Positions 1 through 8,138 of a DNA stretch of 32,000 nt are shown piece by piece (the stretch's first letter is position 1; each line of letters starts with the position of its first letter). The position numbers and the translations under genes were made by a program. Under the pieces are notes generated by a model. It did no database searches, was not told the origin of the DNA, and saw only the letters and a list, made by a program, of their open reading frames with translations. The DNA is from Candidatus Paracaedimonas acanthamoebae. GTDB lineage: Bacteria > Pseudomonadota > Alphaproteobacteria > Caedimonadales > Caedimonadaceae. The stretch lies in NCBI GenBank assembly GCA_000743035.1, contig CP008936.1:270001-302000 (forward strand), written 5' to 3'.

Positions 1-1523
1 CTCTTAAGCAAGGTCAACGTATTTTAATTGAGACACCAACTTTAAAAGGATCTCTTAATCTTCAAGGACTTAAACTTGATGATGTGATCTTAAAAAATTA
101 TCGTGAGACACCGGATAATAAAAGCCCTCAAATTTCATTATTTAACCCTTTGGGATCAAAAACTGCTTATTATGGAGAATTTGGGTGGGTGAGCGATAAA
201 AAAACAATAAAACTGCCCGATGCAGATACTGTATGGACGCCTGAACAAACTCTTTTGACGCCTACGCAGCCTGTTAAACTTCATTGGGATAATGGGGAAG
301 GTCTCCGGTTTGAAGTAGACATTACTGTTGATGAAAATTATCTTTTCTCGGTGACACAGCGTGTGCTTAATCAAATGAAAGAACCCATTGCTATTCAGCC
401 TTATGGTCTTATTTCACGCCATGGTATGCCTCAAACATCAGGTTTTATGATTCTTCATGAGGGACCTCTTGGGTACCTGAATAACAAGCTTCAAGAGATT
501 GATTATAAAGATTTAGCAAAAGGTGATCAAAGCCAAATAAGTCAAGGTGGTTGGCTTGGTTTTACAGACAAGTATTGGCTGGCAGCTTTTATTCCAGATC
601 AAGCTCAAGAAGTTAAAGCCAGTTTCCGACAGGTGGGACAAGTTGCACAGGAGCGCTATCAAGTTGACTTTTTGATGACAACTCCCGTGCTTCAGCCAGG
701 GGCCGTTCAAGAGACGAAGAGTTCTTTATTTGTTGGTGCCAAAATTTTAGATTTATTGGATAACTACGAAAATACTTTGAATGTGAAGCATTTTGATCTT
801 GCTGTTGATTTCGGGTGGTTTTATTTTTTAACGAAACCTATTTTCCATATCTTAACATTCGCGCATCAATGGTTAGGAAATTTTGGCCTCGCCATCATGC
901 TTTTAACCGTCTTGTTGAAGTTATTGATGTTTCCTTTGGCCAATAAATCTTATCGTTCTATGGCGCAAATGAAGAGATTGACGCCACAAATTACGCGTCT
1001 TCGTGAGAGATATGGCGATGATAAGTTGCGCGTGAATCAAGAAATGATGGCTCTTTATAAAAAGGAAAAAATAAACCCTATGGCAGGTTGTTTGCCAATG
1101 ATTGTGCAAATTCCAGTCTTTTTTGCTCTCTATAAAGTTTTATTCGTAAGTATAGAGATGCGGCAAGCCCCTTTTTATGGCTGGATTCATGATCTTTCTG
1201 CTCCTGATCCCACAAGTCTTTTTAATCTTTTTGGGTTGCTTCCTTGGTCGCCTCCAAGTTACTTGATGATAGGTATATGGCCATTGTTGATGGGGCTTTC
1301 TATGTTTGTTCAACAAAAGTTAAATCCACCTCCATCTGATCCTGCTCAAGCAAAAGTATTTATGATCATGCCTGTGATGTTTACTTTTATGCTTGCTCAA
1401 TTCCCCGCTGGTTTAGTGATTTATTGGACATGGAGCAATCTACTAACAATTTTACAACAATGGGCCATGATGACTTTGCATGATAAAGATGAGAAGAAGA
1501 AAGTTCTCACGAAAAAGAAGTAA
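1..1523 (+). CDS. yidC: Membrane protein insertase YidC (5' end lies upstream of the window)
   Basis: The ORF-track frame stays open from nt 3 (..LKQGQRILIETPTLKGSLNLQGLKLDDV-ILKNYRET..), so the GTG at 84 is internal. A large periplasmic-type N-domain is followed by the conserved YidC/Oxa1 core (WFYFLTKPIF, LLTVLLKLLMFPL, KINPMAGCLPMIVQIPVFFALY, VIYWTWSNLLTILQQ) and a lysine-rich tail. TAA stop at 1521-1523. Confidence 0.93.
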   Translation, partial: LKQGQRILIETPTLKGSLNLQGLKLDDVILKNYRETPDNKSPQISLFNPLGSKTAYYGEFGWVSDKKTIKLPDADTVWTPEQTLLTPTQPVKLHWDNGEGLRFEVDITVDENYLFSVTQRVLNQMKEPIAIQPYGLISRHGMPQTSGFMILHEGPLGYLNNKLQEIDYKDLAKGDQSQISQGGWLGFTDKYWLAAFIPDQAQEVKASFRQVGQVAQERYQVDFLMTTPVLQPGAVQETKSSLFVGAKILDLLDNYENTLNVKHFDLAVDFGWFYFLTKPIFHILTFAHQWLGNFGLAIMLLTVLLKLLMFPLANKSYRSMAQMKRLTPQITRLRERYGDDKLRVNQEMMALYKKEKINPMAGCLPMIVQIPVFFALYKVLFVSIEMRQAPFYGWIHDLSAPDPTSLFNLFGLLPWSPPSYLMIGIWPLLMGLSMFVQQKLNPPPSDPAQAKVFMIMPVMFTFMLAQFPAGLVIYWTWSNLLTILQQWAMMTLHDKDEKKKVLTKKK

Positions 1524-1535
1524 GAGTGCGCTTTA

Positions 1536-2165
1536 ATGAAGGAAAATCCGGAAAAAGATATAAAATTTCTCACTAAGCTATTTGGTGCAGAAGTACAATT
1601 TATGCGAGGAGTTAGTCGGCTGGAAGATTTACCCTCGCTTTCTTTACCTGAAATTGCTTTTGCAGGTCGTTCGAATGTTGGAAAATCAAGCTTAATTAAT
1701 GCCACTCTTGGGCGCCGGGATGTTGCAAGGACATCGAATACCCCTGGTCGTACGCAAGAGATTAATTTTTTTAATTTGTCAAAGTCTCTCATTTTGGTTG
1801 ATCTCCCTGGCTACGGGTATGCTCGTGAGAGTAAAAGTAAGATTAAAGCCTGGAATGAATTAATACGCCTTTATTTAAGAGGGCGTGCAAGCTTGAAGCG
1901 CGTGTTTGTGCTTGTTGACAGCCGCCATGGACTTAAAGAAAATGATCGAGAGATAATGGAAATGCTTGATGAAGCTGCTGTCTCTTACCAACTAATTTTA
2001 ACAAAGTGCGATAAACTAAAACCCTTGGAAGTGGAAAAGGTTTTAAAGCTTACCTCTCAAGAGGCTATTAAGCATGCAGCTGCATTTTCAGAGGTCTTGA
2101 CAACAAGTTCTATTTCCAAAAATGGGATAGAAACTTTACGTGCCTCAATAGCTCAATTTGTTTAG
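1536..2165 (+). CDS. engB: Ribosome-biogenesis GTPase EngB (YihA/YsxC)
   Basis: GTPase motifs occur in order: G1 GRSNVGKSSLINA, G3 DLPGYG, G4 TKCDK. The protein is about 200 aa and starts 12 nt downstream of yidC, the common yidC-engB arrangement. Confidence 0.9.
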   Translation: MKENPEKDIKFLTKLFGAEVQFMRGVSRLEDLPSLSLPEIAFAGRSNVGKSSLINATLGRRDVARTSNTPGRTQEINFFNLSKSLILVDLPGYGYARESKSKIKAWNELIRLYLRGRASLKRVFVLVDSRHGLKENDREIMEMLDEAAVSYQLILTKCDKLKPLEVEKVLKLTSQEAIKHAAAFSEVLTTSSISKNGIETLRASIAQFV

Positions 2166-2244
2166 GAATTCTTTTGGGCTTCTTCTTGCAATTCTAAAAA
2201 ATTTTGCGCATTTTGAAGACATATTCAATAAATGAGGTGTTGTT

Positions 2245-2796
2245 GTGCGGTATCTTTATACCTGTGTTTTAATCTTTAACCTTTTCATGAATAACTCCGA
2301 ACTTTTTGCTGAAAAAAAAGCGAACAACGTTGCAGAGATAGGTTCATTCGGTGATTGGAAAGCTTACGTTACTTTTGAAAAGAAGGAGAAGGTCTGCTAT
2401 ATGGTGAGTCTTCCAAAAAAACAAGAAGGGGATTTTAAGAAACGAGGAAAAGTATACGCGATGATTACGCATAGGCCTTCTCTTAAAAGTTTTAATGTCG
2501 TAAGCTTTCACGCCGGATATAAATTTCCCAAAAATTCTAAAGTAACTCTCTCAATACAAGCGGGGAAACATAAAAAAGAATTTGAACTTTTCACTGATAA
2601 TGAAACGGCGTGGGCTATTTCTGATTCAGATGATCAAGAGATTACAAAATGTCTTACAAAAGTGGGCGAGAGCTTAATTATCGAAGGAATTTCTTCAAAA
2701 GGCACAAAGACAAAAGATACTTATTCCTTGAAAGGTTCTATGAAGGCTTATAAAGCTATTTGTGAGGCTTGCAAGGTTTTAGGCAAAAAGAATTAA
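2245..2796 (+). CDS. Exported hypothetical protein, possibly IalB (invasion-associated locus B, COG5342)-like
   Basis: GTG start 5 nt after GAGGTG, with a hydrophobic signal-like N-terminus. FGDWKAY..KVCYM near the N-terminus and SLKGSMKAYKAI near the C-terminus resemble what I remember of IalB-family proteins. This is recollection, not a search result. Confidence 0.55.
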   Translation: MRYLYTCVLIFNLFMNNSELFAEKKANNVAEIGSFGDWKAYVTFEKKEKVCYMVSLPKKQEGDFKKRGKVYAMITHRPSLKSFNVVSFHAGYKFPKNSKVTLSIQAGKHKKEFELFTDNETAWAISDSDDQEITKCLTKVGESLIIEGISSKGTKTKDTYSLKGSMKAYKAICEACKVLGKKN

Positions 2797-2802
2797 CAAT
2801 GT

Positions 2803-3342
2803 TTAATCAACAAACCTTGATAATCTGGCCTTTAACTCAGATGAAGCTTTAAAGCCATTAGTAGGATTTGAATTAAACCATGGATTGGTATTTGGAATTT
2901 CATTGACAATACGCCATACTTGATAAGGGGTTTGGCATGCGAGACCCTGAGCTGCTATAATTTTACCGTAAATATCAATGGATTGTTTGTACTTAAAACA
3001 GATCGTATTTTTTTCTTCATGAAAAGAGAGAAGCTCAAAAGAACCATTTAAAGATGATGAAGGGCTTTCCCAAGTATAAAGAAGTTTAAGTTGACCATCT
3101 TTTAGCGCACTTTGGGCATTATAGGCCGCGATAAGCCGATCCTCCGTAGATAAGTGACATGCAATAACAGAACCACTAAAAGCTTCATAAAGAACTAAGG
3201 ATGTAATAGGGGTTTGGGGGGTTCTAAAACAATCCTCAGGACACAGGCATTGTTGGGAAGGTGTACATCCCATAAGTTGCAATGTTAAGAAAAGTAGAAG
3301 CAGCATTGCTTTCATTAATAAAGAGCCTAACTCATAGTTCAT
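2803..3342 (-). CDS. Putative lipoprotein, COG4520 / 17-kDa-surface-antigen-like
   Basis: The probable start is Met10 (nt 3315), giving MKAMLLLLFLTLQLMG-C with a lipobox-like LMGC. Downstream, LSTEDRLIAAYNAQSAL ... W.S......G ... C.KYKQSI...G......G.ACQTP...W follows the general layout of COG4520 surface-antigen proteins as I recall it. Confidence 0.55.
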   Translation of the reverse strand: MNYELGSLLMKAMLLLLFLTLQLMGCTPSQQCLCPEDCFRTPQTPITSLVLYEAFSGSVIACHLSTEDRLIAAYNAQSALKDGQLKLLYTWESPSSSLNGSFELLSFHEEKNTICFKYKQSIDIYGKIIAAQGLACQTPYQVWRIVNEIPNTNPWFNSNPTNGFKASSELKARLSRFVD

Positions 3343-3471
3343 AGTTACTTAATAAGCATAAAGTTCTTTAATTAACGGAAAGTTTAAAAAGTATTTTTTC
3401 TTATGAAGAGTGAGTCTATATCAGAAATCTCATATAAATGCCGCAAATCATCTTTAAGTTAACACTCGCTT

Positions 3472-3915
3472 TTATTTAGTTTTCTTCTTCGATTTTTGTT
3501 GCGGAACTTTACATATTGTGAAGATGAAATGATTGATATTCAGATCTTTTTCAGTGTCCCATTTATAAATTTCTAAAGTTATTTCATTAGAATTTATTTC
3601 TGTCTCTTTTTTTGCTTGCAAGATGACGATCTCTTGAGAGTTTGTTGCTAGTAGAAAGTCTTTAAGAGCATCTTCATTAAAGGAAGAGGGGGACAATCGA
3701 TATTTTCCATAAGGAGGAATGTCGGTGCCACTACTGGCTTCTCCATCTAGAATTATGGAAGCAATTTGCACTGAAGTCAAATTTAAAAAATTTAACGGGC
3801 GTCTAAGTTTTAAGGTGCGAGGACTGTATGGCTGTTCATAAAATTCTGCGCTTGCAAAGGAAAGAGAAAAGCTAAAAAGGATGAGAAGTGTAGAGTACTT
3901 TAAAATTTTTAACAT
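3472..3915 (-). CDS. Exported hypothetical protein
   Basis: Classical signal peptide MLKILKYSTLLILFSFSLSFASA-EF and a lysine-rich C-terminal tail. No recognisable domain. Confidence 0.6.
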   Translation of the reverse strand: MLKILKYSTLLILFSFSLSFASAEFYEQPYSPRTLKLRRPLNFLNLTSVQIASIILDGEASSGTDIPPYGKYRLSPSSFNEDALKDFLLATNSQEIVILQAKKETEINSNEITLEIYKWDTEKDLNINHFIFTICKVPQQKSKKKTK

Positions 3916-4069
3916 AGATTCATTCGCTAGTAAAATAGGGCATTTATGATTTGTTTAACTTATAAAAAAGTTAAAATTTTTTGTCAAATAGAAAATAATG
4001 AGAAAGTCTTTATTAAATTGGTGATTTTTCATTGCTGTATTGGTCTAAATCGTGTAACAAGGAGCAATC

Positions 4070-4146
4070 CGGGGCGTAGCGCAGTCTGGTAGCGCGCCTG
4101 CTTTGGGAGCAGGATGCCGGGGGTTCAAATCCCTCCGCCCCGACCA
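4070..4146 (+). tRNA. tRNA-Pro (anticodon UGG), CCA encoded
   Basis: Manual fold of 77 nt. Acceptor cggggcg/cgccccg. D arm gcgc-agtctggta-gcgc. Anticodon arm cctgc-tTTGGga-gcagg, with anticodon TGG followed by G37. Variable loop atgcc. T arm ggggg-ttcaaat-ccctc. Discriminator A followed by CCA. Confidence 0.93.
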
Positions 4147-4307
4147 TTTTCCCTAATAATTTTTATGAATTACCTAGCTATACCTCTTGATTATTAATAA
4201 TTAGCAAGTTGATCTTAAATATTTTATTGACTATTAAGAAAAATTATACAACCCTCTCAAACGCTAACATTATTAAATTAGCTTAATATAAACTTTGGAG
4301 AGCGTAT

Positions 4308-6623
4308 ATGAAATTTAAGTTTTCTTCCCTTGTATTATCTGCCCTTTTATCCACAAGTATTGCGACAGCAAGTAATATTAAATTATCGGATGCTTATCAC
4401 GGACTTATCCCTGAAGAGGTTAAAGAGGATAAAGGCAAACTTAAAACCTACCAAGAGACGGTAATAAGCCAATTTGAACAAAAATTGCACCATTTAATGA
4501 GCATGCAAGACCAACTTGACCGTTTTTATGCTCCCTATGCTCGTAAAGGTGGAGAGTATGAAAGAATCATGGCAAATGCGGTTTGTGACTTTATAGAGGC
4601 TAAAGTAAAAAAGCTTAGTTTTTTAAAGATATTATATGAAGCGCACTTAGGCGAGACAGCAGAGTATATGGAAACTGCAGTTCAAATGAAAGGATGCCCT
4701 CCCAAAGTGGGGCAACATGCCGCTTTGCTCAGAGAAATTAAAGAGATAAGCCTCGAGATTGAGAAGGCTCAAGAATTTATTAAAAGCCAGCCTGATCAGA
4801 AGACAGCTTGGGAAAAAGAAATTGGAGAAAAAAAGAAAACAATACAAACTCTTGGCGCAGAGCTTGGAGTTTTACAAAAGCAAATATCTGACAGTGAAGA
4901 GGCATTGAAAGAAAAGCAAAATCTTCTTAAAGATAACCAAGAAGAAATACATAAAGCAAAACGGTTACTTGGAGAATGTAGTGACGAAATTAAAGAGCTC
5001 CAAACTAAGTATGAGGAGACAAAAGCATCAGTTATTCCTCTACTTCAACCTGTTATAGAAAAAAATGAAGTAAATGAATCTTCTGATCCTCAAGATTCTC
5101 AAGAAAAGTCTGTTGAAGACTCGGATATTGAGCGGATAGATCCAGCGGTACAACAGTTAAAAGCTTTAGATGCTGAGTATGTAGCCAAAGAAAAAGAGTT
5201 GTTGGATAAGAAAGGGCTAAGCCTTGCGCATATCACAGAATTGCAGGAACAGCACGTAGCATTGCAAACTCAAATAGAGAACCTTGCAAAAGAAAAAGAA
5301 ACCTTCGAAAAAGAACTACAGCATAAAAAAGAACAAGTTAGCACAGAAGAATGTGAAATAGATTCTATTAAGAGGAAAATAGAAGCTCAAGCAGAAGAAA
5401 AAACGAAACTTGAAGCTAAGCTTAAACAATGGCTGCTTGAGAAGCAGGACAAGCAAGATGAAGCAGATACTTATGCGTCAATTAAGTATTTAACTTTACT
5501 TAATATCTATTCTGCCCTTCCCAATGATGATTTTGATTATTATGGATATGAAAACTTTTTAACAACATTAAGTTCCAATGCATTACCAACAATTCTTATG
5601 CTTGTAAATAAACGTGCTGCTCAAGTTGGTAGTAATAATGTAAAATGGACATTAGACCGTGAACTACCAAAATTTCAATCAAGTGTTACCAAGCATGTTG
5701 AAACGCAAATAGAAACATTGAGGAGCGGCTTTTTTGCAGAAGCTCAAGCAAAAAACCTAGGTTATAACGATGTAGAAAGAAAAAGCTTAGCAGCTCTTGC
5801 TGTTGATAAATTTCAAAAACTAGTCACTGGAGAAAATATTATAACTTCTTATGAAGAATTAAGTAAAGATAGATACAATTACTATCCGTCTACTATGAAA
5901 GGAGAAGAATTTCTGATATCTTATTCTTCTGTGCTTGATTCTTTAAGGGCAGATCATCAAATTAAGGCCTCAATGACAAAATGGCGGAGTAAGATTTCAA
6001 CGACAGAAGATTCACTTATCCAGCGTTTAGGATTAGATAGTGCCCTCTTTAATCCTGATTTTTCAATAGCATCTTATCCTCAATTCTTGTCTTTCCCAGA
6101 ATTACATATGAGTCTTAAAGGAACTTCTTTGGTGCCTTACCCTGTAAGATTAAAAGAAAAAGCTGTATGGTCTTTAGGAAAAATGCAGCTGGGGGCAAAT
6201 TTCTTTGAGGCCATGATAGGCAAAGATGAGAAAGTATGGCGACGTATTTCTCCTGTCGTGCGGTTTGTTGAGAGTAAGCAATCAGAAGAAAAAAAACAAA
6301 ATGGCTTTAAGCACTTTTTACACTCAGATAAAAATAAAGCTGTAGAGTATGCTTATTTAAAATATATTAGTTATATGAATATGTTGTACGCTTTGCGCCA
6401 TGATGAAAAGGGCGAAACAATGCCAGAGTTAAAAATTGTCGACTCAGCTTTAGAAAATCTTCTCGTGCAACCACTTAGTTCAGAGCTCAGACTCGACAAT
6501 ATAATGGCTGCTAAGGCTCATAAGTGGGGCAGCTGGGTTATGGAGCATGGGAAAACATTTATCACTGAGAATGGACTGGAAGCGCATACGTTTACGCCGT
6601 TGTTTGCTGATAAGGATAAATAA
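4308..6623 (+). CDS. 771-aa exported coiled-coil protein with an unassigned C-terminal globular domain (ORFan)
   Basis: GGAGAG lies 5-7 nt before the ATG. Signal-like N-terminus MKFKFSSLVLSALLSTSIATA-SN. Roughly the first half is E/K/Q/L-rich and heptad-like. Roughly the last 370 aa are aromatic-rich and non-repetitive. No catalytic or nucleotide-binding motif recognised. Confidence 0.75.
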   Translation: MKFKFSSLVLSALLSTSIATASNIKLSDAYHGLIPEEVKEDKGKLKTYQETVISQFEQKLHHLMSMQDQLDRFYAPYARKGGEYERIMANAVCDFIEAKVKKLSFLKILYEAHLGETAEYMETAVQMKGCPPKVGQHAALLREIKEISLEIEKAQEFIKSQPDQKTAWEKEIGEKKKTIQTLGAELGVLQKQISDSEEALKEKQNLLKDNQEEIHKAKRLLGECSDEIKELQTKYEETKASVIPLLQPVIEKNEVNESSDPQDSQEKSVEDSDIERIDPAVQQLKALDAEYVAKEKELLDKKGLSLAHITELQEQHVALQTQIENLAKEKETFEKELQHKKEQVSTEECEIDSIKRKIEAQAEEKTKLEAKLKQWLLEKQDKQDEADTYASIKYLTLLNIYSALPNDDFDYYGYENFLTTLSSNALPTILMLVNKRAAQVGSNNVKWTLDRELPKFQSSVTKHVETQIETLRSGFFAEAQAKNLGYNDVERKSLAALAVDKFQKLVTGENIITSYEELSKDRYNYYPSTMKGEEFLISYSSVLDSLRADHQIKASMTKWRSKISTTEDSLIQRLGLDSALFNPDFSIASYPQFLSFPELHMSLKGTSLVPYPVRLKEKAVWSLGKMQLGANFFEAMIGKDEKVWRRISPVVRFVESKQSEEKKQNGFKHFLHSDKNKAVEYAYLKYISYMNMLYALRHDEKGETMPELKIVDSALENLLVQPLSSELRLDNIMAAKAHKWGSWVMEHGKTFITENGLEAHTFTPLFADKDK

Positions 6624-6656
6624 CATATAAATGATTAAAATCTTATAAACCATTCT

Positions 6657-6696
6657 ATGAGCTCTCAACTTTCTTTGAGGGCTCATATTGTTTCTG
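6657..6696 (+). terminator. Candidate rho-independent terminator after the 771-aa gene
   Basis: Hairpin atgagctctcaa-ctttct-ttgagggctcat (6657-6686) has a 12-bp stem including one G-U pair. It is followed by the T-rich but interrupted attgtttctg. Confidence 0.45.
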
Positions 6697-6781
6697 TAGC
6701 CTATTCCCTGTTTCTCAAATCTTGTCTGGTAAAGCGAAGTAACATTTTATACAGTTGCTAAATAAGTATTAAGGAGAGCTT

Positions 6782-7450
6782 GTGGTGAGCAAATATAAGG
6801 CTGTGTTGTGGGATCTTGATGGTACGCTCATTGCGAGTACCCACACTTATTATAAAACATTAGCAAGTCTGTGCGATCGTTTTTCTTTCACAGTGCCAAA
6901 GATAGTCCCCTCTGGAGCTTGTCTTTATACAATGTGGGAGTCTCTTATTCACCCAGAAGGCCCACAATTAACTTTTGAGAATTTTCTTGATGAAATTCAT
7001 GAAGCATGCTTGTCTCCTTTAACGCCAGCATCTTTACGAGACAATATTGCAGAAGTCGTCGAAGCACTCAATCAAGCTCAAATTAAGCAATCTTGTGTCT
7101 CTAATTCAATGACTTATTATATTAATGAAGCTCTGACGAAAACAGAGATAGCGCTCTATTTTGAACACTGGATTGGGCGTGATAATGTTGAGGAAGGAAA
7201 ACCATCTCCTGTTCCTTATTTAACATCGAGTGCGTCTTTGCAGATTGATCCGATTGATTGTCTCGTAATCGAAGATACGCCTTTGGGTGTTGAAGCAGCT
7301 AAGAGAGCAGGCATGACCGCTGTTGCTTTTCCGAATGAGCATTCAGGAATCACATCTTTTAGTCAAGCGGATTACATTGTAAAGGATATTCGTCAGCTAT
7401 ATGATTTTTTTGAGAGTGAGAGTCTTTCTCATGCTGAAGGGTGGGCATGA
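6782..7450 (+). CDS. HAD-superfamily hydrolase (phosphatase / beta-phosphoglucomutase-like subfamily)
   Basis: HAD motif I is VLWDLDGTLIAS. The C-terminal motifs (GKPSPVPY, CLVIEDTPLGVEAAKRAGM) are typical of the subfamily-IA cap type. AAGGAG lies 5-8 nt before the GTG starts at 6782/6785. Confidence 0.85.
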   Translation: MVSKYKAVLWDLDGTLIASTHTYYKTLASLCDRFSFTVPKIVPSGACLYTMWESLIHPEGPQLTFENFLDEIHEACLSPLTPASLRDNIAEVVEALNQAQIKQSCVSNSMTYYINEALTKTEIALYFEHWIGRDNVEEGKPSPVPYLTSSASLQIDPIDCLVIEDTPLGVEAAKRAGMTAVAFPNEHSGITSFSQADYIVKDIRQLYDFFESESLSHAEGWA

Positions 7451-8073
7451 TCCGACAGATAAAGTCATTTAAGCAATTTTTTCGCAAATTTCCTTTCTTA
7501 TCGCTTGCGAGTGTTAGTGCAGTCGGTCTTCTGCTTGGTTACTTAAGTTCTCACTACTTTGATTTAACCCCCTCTGCTCCTATTTCGCTGGATCAAAAAC
7601 TAGCAGTTTGTTTTACGCCTGACGGACGCTGTCAAAACTTAATTATTCAAGCAATTGAACAAGCGAAGTTCTCGATTAAGATGCAAACCTATTCTTTTAC
7701 ATCAAAAGAAATTGCAAAAGCCATCTTAAGAGCCCAGGAACGCGGCGTTAGTGTTCGTATCCTTGCAGATAGAAGCCAACTAACTGCTAAATATTCTCAA
7801 ATTCCTAAACTTAAAAATTCAAATGTTCCTGTTCTCATAGATAGAGTCCCTGGGATTGCCCATAACAAGATCATAATTATTGATGATCAAATTATTCTAA
7901 CAGGGTCTTATAATTGGACAAATGCTGCCGAGCATCGCAATGCGGAAAATTTGCTTAGAATTCAAGATCCGGAAATTGCTGCTTATTTCCTTAAGAATTG
8001 GAATAAACGCGCAGAAGAGGCAGCGCAAACAGAAAAGAGAGAATCAGAAGCAAAAAAGAAGCTCTTGCCTTAA
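7441..8073 (+). CDS. Single-HKD phospholipase D family protein (Nuc / rickettsial Pld-like) with an N-terminal membrane anchor or signal
   Basis: Complete HKD motif: AHNKIIIIDDQIILTGSYNWTNAAEHRNAEN (HxKxxxxD-x6-GSxN). The size (about 208 aa) matches single-domain dimeric Nuc/Pld enzymes. Hydrophobic segment FPFLSLASVSAVGLLLGYL near the N-terminus. The likely true start is ATG 7447, which overlaps the HAD stop as ATGA (7447-7450). Confidence 0.88.
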   Translation: MGMIRQIKSFKQFFRKFPFLSLASVSAVGLLLGYLSSHYFDLTPSAPISLDQKLAVCFTPDGRCQNLIIQAIEQAKFSIKMQTYSFTSKEIAKAILRAQERGVSVRILADRSQLTAKYSQIPKLKNSNVPVLIDRVPGIAHNKIIIIDDQIILTGSYNWTNAAEHRNAENLLRIQDPEIAAYFLKNWNKRAEEAAQTEKRESEAKKKLLP

Positions 8074-8082
8074 TTGCATTTT

Positions 8083-8123
8083 TTGTCATAAATTTTATTG
8101 ACTTTTTTGTATGACAATTTTTT
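8083..8123 (+). other. Perfect 8-bp inverted repeat plus T6 between the PLD gene and the 962-aa gene (weak terminator/attenuator or operator)
   Basis: ttgtcata (8083-8090) pairs with tatgacaa (8110-8117) across a 19-nt loop that contains TTGACT. The repeat is followed by tttttt (8118-8123). The stem is AT-rich, so its function is uncertain. Confidence 0.3.
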
Positions 8124-8138
8124 CTGGGGAGAGGAAAA

